The notes under the pieces were generated by a model. The model was given only the letters and a program-made list of their open reading frames with translations, ran no database searches and was not told the origin of the DNA. The position numbers were made by a program, and so were the translations under genes. Of a DNA stretch of 64,000 nucleotides, positions 45,566 to 54,237 are shown one piece after another. Where the stretch lies: the IMG/VR virus record IMGVR_UViG_3300037010_001702, positions 124,001-188,000 of that record. One strand, given 5' to 3'. Position 1 is the first letter of the stretch. Each line of letters opens with the position of its first letter.

Positions 45566-47722
45566 ATGAAACTTACACAGCAACTTCTTTCTATTTCAGA
45601 AGAATCAGCAGTAGCAAAGTCAGCTCAGCTGCAAGCAGACTTACTAAAGGCTCACCAGAAAGCTAAGAAGGTCAGTGCAGATCAAGGCGTAGTTCAATAC
45701 ATCAATAAGGATAAGAACACAGGTCGCATTTATGCATCTGATTGGTATGATGACGATGAAACTATTGCATCATACAACAATGGTAAGCTAAAAGGTGCAG
45801 TCAAAGAAGAAATCGTTCCTTTATCAAAATTAAAACCAGGAATGAAGATTCGTTGGGTAGAAGACGGTGACGAAAAAATAGGCACTATTATTGCTGATCC
45901 AAAATATAATGGTGGGATGAGAATCGGGGGTCGTTCTGTTAAAAATATTTTCGATCAAGGTTCTACAACAGAATTAACAATCATAAAAGAAGCTTCCGAA
46001 CTGAATGATGCCACCATTAATTACATGGAAGATAAGAAGAAAGAGGGTGCTAATAAGAATGCTGATCTAATGGAGGAAGATGATGAAGATTATGAAGATG
46101 ATGAAGATTATGAAGATGATGAAGATGATGAAGACCCAAATACTTTCTATGTAGCATTCTGTTATGAAGATGAGCACCGCTCATGGATTGGTAAAGTCAC
46201 TAAGACAAATGGTGGTAAGTGGCGTGAAGAGAAGTATCAAGGTAAGCCCGACTATCATTGGGGCACTTCATACATGAGCTACTTGAAGCCACAAGACGTT
46301 ATGAACTGGATTCATAAAGACTATAGCTCTCGTCGTGGTTTGGAAATTGAAGGTCCATTCTTTACTCCAGCAGAAGCTATTGAGTATGCAGAACACAATG
46401 GGGGTTCTATTAAAGAATCAGTTGGGATGACGGAAGCCCAAGCTTATACTGACTTTGAAGATTGGAAGCAAGCAGTTTTGAATTCATATCCACGACAAGC
46501 TAAGAAGATTAAATTCAAGGGTCGCATGGAAGGTGGTAAGGATACTATCTCTGCTGAAGTTCCAGGAGAAGACCGTTGCTATGGCGTGTGGAGTCAAGAC
46601 AAAGAGAAGGGTGTTGTTCTTTCTGAAGCTGCAAAGGACATGATTGAAGCTTATGGAATTCGTGGTATGAAGCGTACTCCGTGGCGGCGTACCTTCAAGA
46701 ATGAGGATGCTCTCATCAAGTGGGCCGAGAAGAATGATGCTGAAGTATATGGCCAGCGTGAAACTGATTATGCTATCGAGCTCAACAAGAACAGCAAGCA
46801 TAAGGGTGAGAAGGTTTCAGAAGCGTTTAAGGGTAGCTTTAACGACGACGATTGGTATGAAGTAAATCCAAAAACAAATGAGGTTGTTAAGTACGCTGGT
46901 GGTAAGGATAGCTACAAAACTGTTTATGGCGGTGAGCACAAGCTTGGCAATGGAAATGTTGTAATGCGTGGTATGAAGGCTAAGCACCTTAAGCCAATTG
47001 AAGAAGCATTAGACCTTTCTAACTTCTCACCCGAGATTCAGTGGCGCAAGAATAAGATTGCTGTGCTTGAAAAGCAGATTGAGAAGAAACCATCCGTCGC
47101 AAAGCAGATTAAAGATCCGAAAAGACAAATAAAGGAAAAGGAACTTGCAATGACATTTAACGAAGCTAAGGTGCCACGCAAGGGTTCCATTGCCTATAAT
47201 GCAATGATGAAACGCAAGGAAGAAGAGAATAAGCCAGAGAATATCAAGAATACTGAAAAGATTGGTAACACGAACCATATGGTCGGGACAGCTAAGGTAG
47301 TGCATGACGAAGCTAATGAAGGTATATCTCCTTACAAGCCAAATGCGCGAGTAAAGATCATCTCTGGGCCTAAGGACTGCATTGGTAAGGAAGGAACGAT
47401 TGGCGAGGTAGTTACTACCAATGGTCAAAAATCCTACACCGTTGACTACGATCATGACTACAAGTCAAGCAAACCTAACTTCGGTGCTAAGTCAGTGAGA
47501 CTTCAACCAAGGGACATCAAGCTTATTCGTGGGCCAGTAAAGGAAGCAAAAGATACTCAGCTTGAGGTTATTAACAGATCTCACATAGAGCATGGCCTTC
47601 CTAAGAAAGTTCTCTTCACTGGCAACAAGGAAGAGTGCTATGAATTCATGCGTAAGCACAAGTCTCTTCTCATGGATCTTATGGATAAAGCTACGGGAAA
47701 GTTGGTGTCCTATGTCCTATAA
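45566..47722 (+). CDS. Large modular putative internal head protein
   Basis: GATAAATA and GGAG upstream; MKLTQQLLSISEE; many (V/I/L)xE-A/S sites; KOW/SH3-like modules. Confidence 0.6.
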   Translation: MKLTQQLLSISEESAVAKSAQLQADLLKAHQKAKKVSADQGVVQYINKDKNTGRIYASDWYDDDETIASYNNGKLKGAVKEEIVPLSKLKPGMKIRWVEDGDEKIGTIIADPKYNGGMRIGGRSVKNIFDQGSTTELTIIKEASELNDATINYMEDKKKEGANKNADLMEEDDEDYEDDEDYEDDEDDEDPNTFYVAFCYEDEHRSWIGKVTKTNGGKWREEKYQGKPDYHWGTSYMSYLKPQDVMNWIHKDYSSRRGLEIEGPFFTPAEAIEYAEHNGGSIKESVGMTEAQAYTDFEDWKQAVLNSYPRQAKKIKFKGRMEGGKDTISAEVPGEDRCYGVWSQDKEKGVVLSEAAKDMIEAYGIRGMKRTPWRRTFKNEDALIKWAEKNDAEVYGQRETDYAIELNKNSKHKGEKVSEAFKGSFNDDDWYEVNPKTNEVVKYAGGKDSYKTVYGGEHKLGNGNVVMRGMKAKHLKPIEEALDLSNFSPEIQWRKNKIAVLEKQIEKKPSVAKQIKDPKRQIKEKELAMTFNEAKVPRKGSIAYNAMMKRKEEENKPENIKNTEKIGNTNHMVGTAKVVHDEANEGISPYKPNARVKIISGPKDCIGKEGTIGEVVTTNGQKSYTVDYDHDYKSSKPNFGAKSVRLQPRDIKLIRGPVKEAKDTQLEVINRSHIEHGLPKKVLFTGNKEECYEFMRKHKSLLMDLMDKATGKLVSYVL
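46075..46135 (+). repeat. 18-bp tandem repeat encoding an EDDEDY acidic tract
   Basis: GAAGATGATGAAGATTAT repeated. Confidence 0.8.
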
Positions 47723-48014
47723 GCCATCATTTCGCCAGTTTATTGAAGAACAGACTCTTCAAGCGACCATTAATAATGTTGCGATGCAGATGGTCGGAGG
47801 ACCGATTCAAAAGATTGACTCCATCAAGGAAAGAGATATTGAAACAGCAAGAGAACTTCTGCACCGCTTTGTAAAGGCAGCAGATGGTTCTTGGATAATC
47901 AATGTGTTCAAAGCGACATGGGGTAAGTTCATTCGAATTGACCCACCTAAGGGTTCTCCTGCACCACAGGAGTTCTATGTTCCAGTTAATAAAGAGGAAG
48001 AATATGCTACTTAA
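47712..48014 (+). CDS. Hypothetical protein with capsid-targeting-like N-terminus
   Basis: MSYKPSFRQFIEE. Confidence 0.6.
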   Translation: MSYKPSFRQFIEEQTLQATINNVAMQMVGGPIQKIDSIKERDIETARELLHRFVKAADGSWIINVFKATWGKFIRIDPPKGSPAPQEFYVPVNKEEEYAT

Positions 48015-48507
48015 ACAACTAATGGAAGTTAAGACCATCAAAGAAGGTCAGATGAAGAATGCAATTATGGATACGGTTGAAGACCAGTGCCGCAATGCAG
48101 ATATTCCAAAGGGCGCATCATATGATCAAGCAGTTGCTGCTATCGTAAAGAGCATTCGCAAAACAGACACCATAGCTGCTGAGTGCTCAGTATCAGAACT
48201 AACTGGCTATGTAAAGGAATACTTTACTGAGGACGAGTATGTTGCAGAATCTGCAGACCTTGCTAAGCAACTTGTTTGTGGCGAAGACGCGTCAATGAAT
48301 CCTAACTTTGCTTCTACTCAAGGTGAGCAACCTTCCGACGTAGCTCAAGCACCAGCTCAAGCACCACTTCCACCAGAACAAATTGGTAAGGCTGGTGATT
48401 ACCTCGTCATGCTTGATCAAAAGTCTGAAATTGTTACGATCACGAAAGGCGGACAGGTTATTACCAGCATGCCACTTGTTATTTGGACTCAACTTAAGAG
48501 AAGCTAA
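48004..48507 (+). CDS. Hypothetical head-associated protein
   Basis: GAGG RBS; MLLKQLMEVKTIKEG. Confidence 0.6.
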   Translation: MLLKQLMEVKTIKEGQMKNAIMDTVEDQCRNADIPKGASYDQAVAAIVKSIRKTDTIAAECSVSELTGYVKEYFTEDEYVAESADLAKQLVCGEDASMNPNFASTQGEQPSDVAQAPAQAPLPPEQIGKAGDYLVMLDQKSEIVTITKGGQVITSMPLVIWTQLKRS

Positions 48508-48814
48508 ATATTATCATCCAGAGAATTTCTTGCAGAAGCTGTCATTAGTAAGATGCCGGACTTTGAGGTGGTGAATGTGAAGAAAGCTATTAAAGCTTTC
48601 TTCATAAAAACTACGGAGCGCACCCACGGTGGTGGGTGCTTACAGTCCTGAAAAGACTGGTTTTAAGGTTCTCACCACTAAAACGCTCCATACCGTCTCA
48701 GAAACAACTGAAGTTTGGGTTGGTGGTAAAGTAGTTTTTATCAGACCTGACCTACTGCAAGAAGTAAAGGAAGCTCTTAACGAGCACCGATTGCCTTCCT
48801 GTCACTATAAATAA
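48508..48814 (+). pseudogene. Remnant of an ART-like paralogue
   Basis: ILSSREFLAEAVISK (eroded MLSFREFLAE) plus frameshifted YSPEKTGFKVLT..TEVWVGGKVVFI, resembling the C-terminus of 41879. Confidence 0.6.
48806..48813 (+). promoter_or_regulatory. T4 late promoter TATAAATA
   Basis: Exact consensus upstream of terL. Confidence 0.7.
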
Positions 48815-48868
48815 ATTGCAGGTTATTAAAACGTCTCACGTGTCCCTGCGATATTATAGGAGATAATT

Positions 48869-49753
48869 ATGGCAGGAAATGAGCTCATTAAACGAGCATA
48901 TACGGAATCGGAATATACCCCCGAGCTTATTCAAGAGCTCGTAAGGTGTCAAAAGGACCCCGTCTACTTTATTAGAAAGTACGTCTGGCTCCAGCACCCA
49001 AAGCGCGGTAAAATTCTATTTGACTTGTATCCCTATCAAGAGGAGCTTATTCACGCGTGTGAGAACAATACCCGTGTTATCGCTCTTATCTCCCGTCAGA
49101 TGGGTAAGACGCAGACCATCTCCATGTACCTTTTGTGGTATGCGATGTTCCACCGAGATCAAACGATTGTCATCGCTTCTAAGAACAATAGCCACGCTAT
49201 GGAAATTATGGATCGTATCCGCTTCGCGTACGAAGAACTTCCGCACTGGCTAAAGGCAGGTTGTAAGTACTATAACAAGCACAACATTGAATTCGACAAT
49301 GGTTCCCGCATTAAGTCTGAAGCTACTACCGAAAAGACTGGTCGGGGATTGGCAATTTCAAAGCTTTACCTTGACGAATTGGCCTTCATCTCACCACGCG
49401 TTCAAACTGAAATGTGGCGCTCACTATCGCCAACTCTTTCAACTGGTGGTTCTGCTATCATCTCATCTACTCCTAATGGTGATACTGACCTGTTTGCTAC
49501 TCTTTGGCGTGGTGCTAAATCAGGTGAGAACAACTTCAAGCCAGTGTTCTTCCCGTGGCACCTTCACCCTGATCGCAAGGAAGAGTACATTAAGCAGATG
49601 CAGGGCGAACTTGGTCCTGTAGGTTTCCGACAGGAAGTTCTGTGTTGCTCAAGTTGGGCCTCTATAAATACTTCTATTGGTAAAACCACTTTAGAAGAAC
49701 TTTATGAATGCCTATTAGAAGGGCAAGAGCAGGTGTATCACATCAATGTTTGA
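48869..49753 (+). CDS. gp17: Terminase large subunit, N-terminal part plus 36-aa split IntN
   Basis: DPVYF, YPYQ, Walker A SRQMGKT, LYLDE, SSTPNG; then FRQEVL|CCSSWASINTSIGKTTLEELY (IntN starts at 49643). Confidence 0.93.
   Translation: MAGNELIKRAYTESEYTPELIQELVRCQKDPVYFIRKYVWLQHPKRGKILFDLYPYQEELIHACENNTRVIALISRQMGKTQTISMYLLWYAMFHRDQTIVIASKNNSHAMEIMDRIRFAYEELPHWLKAGCKYYNKHNIEFDNGSRIKSEATTEKTGRGLAISKLYLDELAFISPRVQTEMWRSLSPTLSTGGSAIISSTPNGDTDLFATLWRGAKSGENNFKPVFFPWHLHPDRKEEYIKQMQGELGPVGFRQEVLCCSSWASINTSIGKTTLEELYECLLEGQEQVYHINV
49663..49670 (+). promoter_or_regulatory. Late promoter TATAAATA inside IntN coding sequence
   Basis: Exact consensus overlapping codons S-I-N-T. Confidence 0.6.
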
Positions 49754-50238
49754 CACGAAGGATTACAACCTGACGACTGGGGGGCATTTCAAGCATGTGG
49801 TGACCCCAGGGCGCACCTCTTCCGCACTACGGAAAACTGGACTGCTTCTTCTGATAAGTATAGAAAACATTCGAAGAACATCCGAATGTTCTTGCAGCAA
49901 GAACTAAGATAATTCACGAAGCTAACTTAAAAGCAGGTGAGGATGGTTAACGGTTACAAGCGCACTGCAAAAGGACGAAATCTATGTTCTGACGCGTGTT
50001 GAAAACAAAAAGATTATAGAGTTCTATGGTAACTATTGGTATGCTTGCCTAAAAAGTACAGACCTGATGAAGTGGTAGGTTGTAAAGGCCAAACATCACG
50101 GCAAATCTGTGACGCGGATGCCACCAAGATCAAGTTGGCAGAAGATGCATGGTATCAAGTTAAGATAGTATAAGAACCGGAATACAAGAAAAACCTAAGA
50201 AGGTGGTAGATGAATGCATAGCATGGCTCAAACAATAA
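49700..50238 (+). pseudogene. Decayed Vsr-like homing endonuclease between the terL halves
   Basis: Fragments ENKKIIEFYGNYWYA / KKYRPDE..TSRQICDADATKIKLAEDAWYQVKIV*EPEYKKN / KVVDECIAWLKQ*, broken by stops and frameshifts; start approximate. Confidence 0.7.
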
Positions 50239-51353
50239 AGAACACAAAGGGCGTTAAAGTTCAAACTCCAACTGGGATGAAGAATTTTAGCGGTATGTCT
50301 AAAAGCTGGCATGAGCAAGTTGTTGAAATAGTATCAGCAACAAGAAAAATAACGTGCGGGATGAAGCATAAATTTCTTGTTGAGCCAGGTTGGGTTGATG
50401 CTGAGCACATTGAGCCGGGTATGTCATTTACGACAATTGATGGCAAGGATGATCCTATCCTTAGTGTTCAGGTTAAAAATGATCCACAGTGGTTGTATGA
50501 TCTACTTGATGTTGAGGGTGGTAGTGCCTACATAACAGAGGGGGTCATATCGCACAACTGTGAATTTATTTCATCAGACGCGCTGTTGATGGACTCACTT
50601 AAACTGTCCTACATTAAGGCCACACCTCCGGTTACCCAGAACATGGGCTTTAACTTCTGGCGAGAGTCAATAGGTGGGCGAGGTAAGACGTACTTAGTAG
50701 GTGTAGACCCGGCTACTGGTAACAGTAAGGACTTTACTGTCATTGAAGTTATCGAGTACCCGTCAATGGAGCAGGTGGCAGAATTCAGAAGCAACACCGT
50801 TCACATTCCACTGATCTATGCTAAGCTCAAGTGGTTGTTTAAGTTCCTTCATCAACCTGATCCAAACAGGGGTAGAGCTGAAATTATCTGGTCATTTGAG
50901 CGCAACGGTGTTGGTGAAGCTCTTGTTGCAATGATTCAAAATGACGACTCTATGGATGGTGGTATCTACCTTGACGGTGTTGAACTGTACAATGAGAGCT
51001 CAACCAGTCAGCGCCTTGGTTGCTACACTACTGGTAAGTCAAAGCTTCTTGCCTGTATGCAGCTTAAGAACCTTTTGGAAAAGGGAGATGGTATCAAGAT
51101 CAACTCAGAACACTTGCTATACGAGCTTCAGAACTTCGTGGCAGTTAATGGCACCTACCAAGCTAAGCAGGGTTGTACTGATGACACGATCATGGCAATG
51201 GCGGTTGTTATGAAGGTTCTCGGCAGACTCGCATCATACGATGACAAGGCAAGAAAGCTTGTGTATGAGTCAGTTGACCCGGACTCTGACAAGCTTCCGG
51301 AGGAAAACCCAGATCAATTTGGAGATGACTACGTTCCGTTTGCAATAGTCTGA
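50223..51353 (+). CDS. gp17: Split IntC (about 112 aa) plus terminase large subunit C-terminal nuclease part
   Basis: KVQTPTG.KNF.G, TCGMKHKF, LYDLLDV..YITEGVISHN|CEF; then YLVGVDPA.G..KDFT, ERNGVG, DD.IMA. Alternative start at 50214. Confidence 0.93.
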   Translation: MAQTIKNTKGVKVQTPTGMKNFSGMSKSWHEQVVEIVSATRKITCGMKHKFLVEPGWVDAEHIEPGMSFTTIDGKDDPILSVQVKNDPQWLYDLLDVEGGSAYITEGVISHNCEFISSDALLMDSLKLSYIKATPPVTQNMGFNFWRESIGGRGKTYLVGVDPATGNSKDFTVIEVIEYPSMEQVAEFRSNTVHIPLIYAKLKWLFKFLHQPDPNRGRAEIIWSFERNGVGEALVAMIQNDDSMDGGIYLDGVELYNESSTSQRLGCYTTGKSKLLACMQLKNLLEKGDGIKINSEHLLYELQNFVAVNGTYQAKQGCTDDTIMAMAVVMKVLGRLASYDDKARKLVYESVDPDSDKLPEENPDQFGDDYVPFAIV

Positions 51354-51426
51354 TAAATAGATTCAAGATCAGTAAGGCCGGAAAGCTGTTCTGAATTTTT
51401 AATGCGACCCGGCGCATGGAGTAAAA

Positions 51427-52770
51427 ATGTCAAATAATATCACTTGGACAAGTGGTGGTACAGAAGGTATTCTCGGGAAGTCAACAATTGTTCTTCCACC
51501 TAAGACCCTTAACCAATCTTCCACATCCCTATCCCTTACTGGCAAGGGGGTCTTCAACTATGGTGAGTATCAGCAGGAAAATTTCCTGCGCATCCTCGAA
51601 AGCTTTGCATCTGCAAACATACCAGCAAACCCAACGATAGGTCAAATTTGGTTTAACACGACTGAGAGCACTCTCTATGTCTGTGCCGACTCCCAAACCG
51701 TTCCAGCTACCATGCAGCAGTACCATATAAATGGTCGCTACGTTTGGCTTAAGGCTGGTAGCTCAACTGCAATTGGGGATATTTCTGTAGGTCTAGGCTA
51801 TATCCCAGCTCCACCCGTTGCAATCGCGTCCGATTCTCAGACAGCAATGTCAGTTGCTATTACGGGTGGCGGCACCCAAACAACTCTTCACATCAACAAG
51901 TCAGATGGTACGCACGATGGTTACCTAGCAGCTGCGGACTGGTCTCGCTTTGACACCGTGCAAAGCAAGTTTCCAACAACAAGCACTGGAACCATCATGG
52001 TGACTGATGGTGACACGATGACTGGGCCACTGATCCTCGCAGGTGATCCAACTAATTCAAATGGCGCTGCTACCAAAAATTACGTTGACAACCACAGTGT
52101 ATCGAGCATCATAGCTGGAAGTAACATTACGATTGACCACAGTCAGGGTAACGTAACTATTAGCGGTATGCCGGGAACGGTTACTAGTGTTACAGTTGGT
52201 GGTACAGCTGGCAGAATTACTGGTTCTGGAACGATTACATCATCAGGCTCAATCGCTCTTGACCTAGCAACTTCTGGAGTATCCGCTGGTTACTACGGAA
52301 TGGCAAACGTAAATGTTGACGCCTACGGTAGAATCACAAGCGCAGTTCCCGGCACTCTAACAGTTCAAGGTACTGGTGCTCTTAGTGGGGGCGGAACTAT
52401 TGGATCTGGTGGCACTGCTACCCTTGACATGGCAGTAATCCATGGCGGTGGTTACTTCACTAATGCGAGCGTTCAGCTTGACGGATATGGTAGAGTAATC
52501 GGGGCTTCTTCTGGCACAAATACAGCAACAGCTCCAAATAATAGTGGTGGTATTGGATCATGGGTTGTTCTTGGTAGCGGACCGAGTGGTGATGGCGTTC
52601 CAGCCCAACTACCCCCAGGTGGAACATGGGCTTACTTTGTGATGAATATCGTGGATGATGGTAACGTAACTGATATTGAAAGTCTCGCTGGTGTTGCGGC
52701 TGGTGGTACACTTCTGGTTGGTAGCGCTGTCTTCCACTCAGGTCAAGGATTTGCTTGGAGAATTGCATAA
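51427..52770 (+). CDS. Tail fibre protein
   Basis: GKG..NYGEYQQENFL.ILE.FA, PTIGQIWF, GDTMTGPL, AATKNYVD, VDAYGRITSA; GATAAATA at 51352. Confidence 0.8.
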   Translation: MSNNITWTSGGTEGILGKSTIVLPPKTLNQSSTSLSLTGKGVFNYGEYQQENFLRILESFASANIPANPTIGQIWFNTTESTLYVCADSQTVPATMQQYHINGRYVWLKAGSSTAIGDISVGLGYIPAPPVAIASDSQTAMSVAITGGGTQTTLHINKSDGTHDGYLAAADWSRFDTVQSKFPTTSTGTIMVTDGDTMTGPLILAGDPTNSNGAATKNYVDNHSVSSIIAGSNITIDHSQGNVTISGMPGTVTSVTVGGTAGRITGSGTITSSGSIALDLATSGVSAGYYGMANVNVDAYGRITSAVPGTLTVQGTGALSGGGTIGSGGTATLDMAVIHGGGYFTNASVQLDGYGRVIGASSGTNTATAPNNSGGIGSWVVLGSGPSGDGVPAQLPPGGTWAYFVMNIVDDGNVTDIESLAGVAAGGTLLVGSAVFHSGQGFAWRIA

Positions 52771-53168
52771 TGTCTAAACTAACCAATCTTGGATTTTCTG
52801 GTCCATACAACTTAAATGCTGATGGTAGCGTTAACGCAATCTTCAAAACCTACCCATATCACATTCATGAGACTGCTACTCCTGAAGCGTGGATGGCTCT
52901 TCAAGCAGATCTTGCTGACGCTTCTTCAGGAGTGGTTCTGGTTCCTTACGTAGAACCAGTTATTAATCCTGCTGAGCAGCTTCGCATTTTAAAGTCGGCA
53001 GCAAGTGCAGCTCTCAACCAATCTGACACTGTGGTTATCCGATGTGCAGAAGCCGGTGTGGCTGTTCCTCAGGACTGGAAGGACTATCGTTCAGCTCTTA
53101 GAGCGATTATCTCTGGAACAGCAATCGTTGCTCTTCCTGTAAAACCAGCCTATCCTGCTGGAACATAA
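52770..53168 (+). CDS. Tail fibre assembly chaperone
   Basis: C-terminal WKDYRSALRAI..LPVKP.YP; coupled to the fibre gene. Confidence 0.75.
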   Translation: MSKLTNLGFSGPYNLNADGSVNAIFKTYPYHIHETATPEAWMALQADLADASSGVVLVPYVEPVINPAEQLRILKSAASAALNQSDTVVIRCAEAGVAVPQDWKDYRSALRAIISGTAIVALPVKPAYPAGT

Positions 53169-53222
53169 GATTACTTTCGGTCTGACATTGTAATATAATC
53201 TAACTTAGATTAAGGATCAGAC

Positions 53223-53441
53223 ATGTACAAATTTGCAGGATATGGTATCAAGATTGGTGGCGACATTGCTCAATTCGCCCGCAACTTTGAAATTGCCACG
53301 ACGATTAAGCAGCAAAAACATTTAAACGATGATGCTGTTGTCATGCTTTACGTCTTTGAACAGCTCAAGGAAATGGCTCCTGTTAAAACGCAAACCGACG
53401 ATGCGATAGACCTTACAAAAGAAGATGATGGAACAAATTGA
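53223..53441 (+). CDS. Hypothetical protein
   Basis: AAGGA RBS; TATAAT at 53194. Confidence 0.6.
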   Translation: MYKFAGYGIKIGGDIAQFARNFEIATTIKQQKHLNDDAVVMLYVFEQLKEMAPVKTQTDDAIDLTKEDDGTN

Positions 53442-53736
53442 AGGATTTATGGTATTTTGGATCGATGTTACTGACATCGGTTCGCGTAGTGCATTTTTCA
53501 GCCACGAAGATTATGCTGACCCAATGGGTGAAGCGATGAAGCTTATGGCTGAACTTCGTATTGAACCTCAGAACCAATTTGTTACGATGGCATCACAGAA
53601 CAAGAATTCTGTCGGTAAGTCAGGAGTTGATTCCATTGTTGATGGGAAGACTCCAGACGGTTATGCATATGAATGGTCCAAGGCGGGAAGGGCCGGTAAA
53701 ATGAAGCGTTCTCGCCACGCTGCAAGTTCCAGTTAG
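53425..53736 (+). CDS. Hypothetical protein
   Basis: 103-aa ORF overlapping the upstream gene. Confidence 0.6.
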   Translation: MMEQIEGFMVFWIDVTDIGSRSAFFSHEDYADPMGEAMKLMAELRIEPQNQFVTMASQNKNSVGKSGVDSIVDGKTPDGYAYEWSKAGRAGKMKRSRHAASSS

Positions 53737-53913
53737 AACTGCAGATCCAGCAGCGATGTCAGAAATGCTAACTGATCCGACTATTTCTACCACTTTAGAG
53801 TTCAAGTTGTAACAGAGTAACATAAAAGTAACCTTAATTTGGTTACTTTGTTACACAAATAACTGTGTTCATTTATCAGGTTCTGTTGTATAATAACTTA
53901 TCAACGGAAACAA

Positions 53914-54228
53914 ATGATGAATCTGCCTTTTAACTTTATCGGTCATTGCTACTCTTCAGACAATTTCCTTTGGAGTAAGGAATACGGTCATTTCTCCGCC
54001 AATATTGCTGAAGTTCCCTCAGTTCTCCGTCAAATGTTCAATGATTCGATGGACCTTGGTTTCGCGATGCGTTCCTCGAAGACAGGCAGCATTGTTTACT
54101 TCACTCTTGAAGATGTTTTTCGTAACTCAGATGGTGATGTTATCCGATGGGATTTTGTTCCTACTGCTGCTACAGTGAATGCACATCCAGCATTACGTTC
54201 TGTTAAGGTTACCATCTATAACGACTGA
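53914..54228 (+). CDS. Hypothetical early protein
   Basis: TATAAT at 53889 upstream. Confidence 0.65.
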   Translation: MMNLPFNFIGHCYSSDNFLWSKEYGHFSANIAEVPSVLRQMFNDSMDLGFAMRSSKTGSIVYFTLEDVFRNSDGDVIRWDFVPTAATVNAHPALRSVKVTIYND

Positions 54229-54237
54229 AAGAGGAAA

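Noticed and set aside
49746-49907. GIY-YIG assignment from YNLTTGG in the terL spacer
   Set aside because: Only a short match; the downstream Vsr-like motifs are much more extensive.
49754-50222. Group I intron interrupting terL (and likewise uvsW)
   Set aside because: No recognisable group I core seen by eye; flanking intein blocks with Cys1 and HN/SN-Cys fully explain reconstitution at the protein level.
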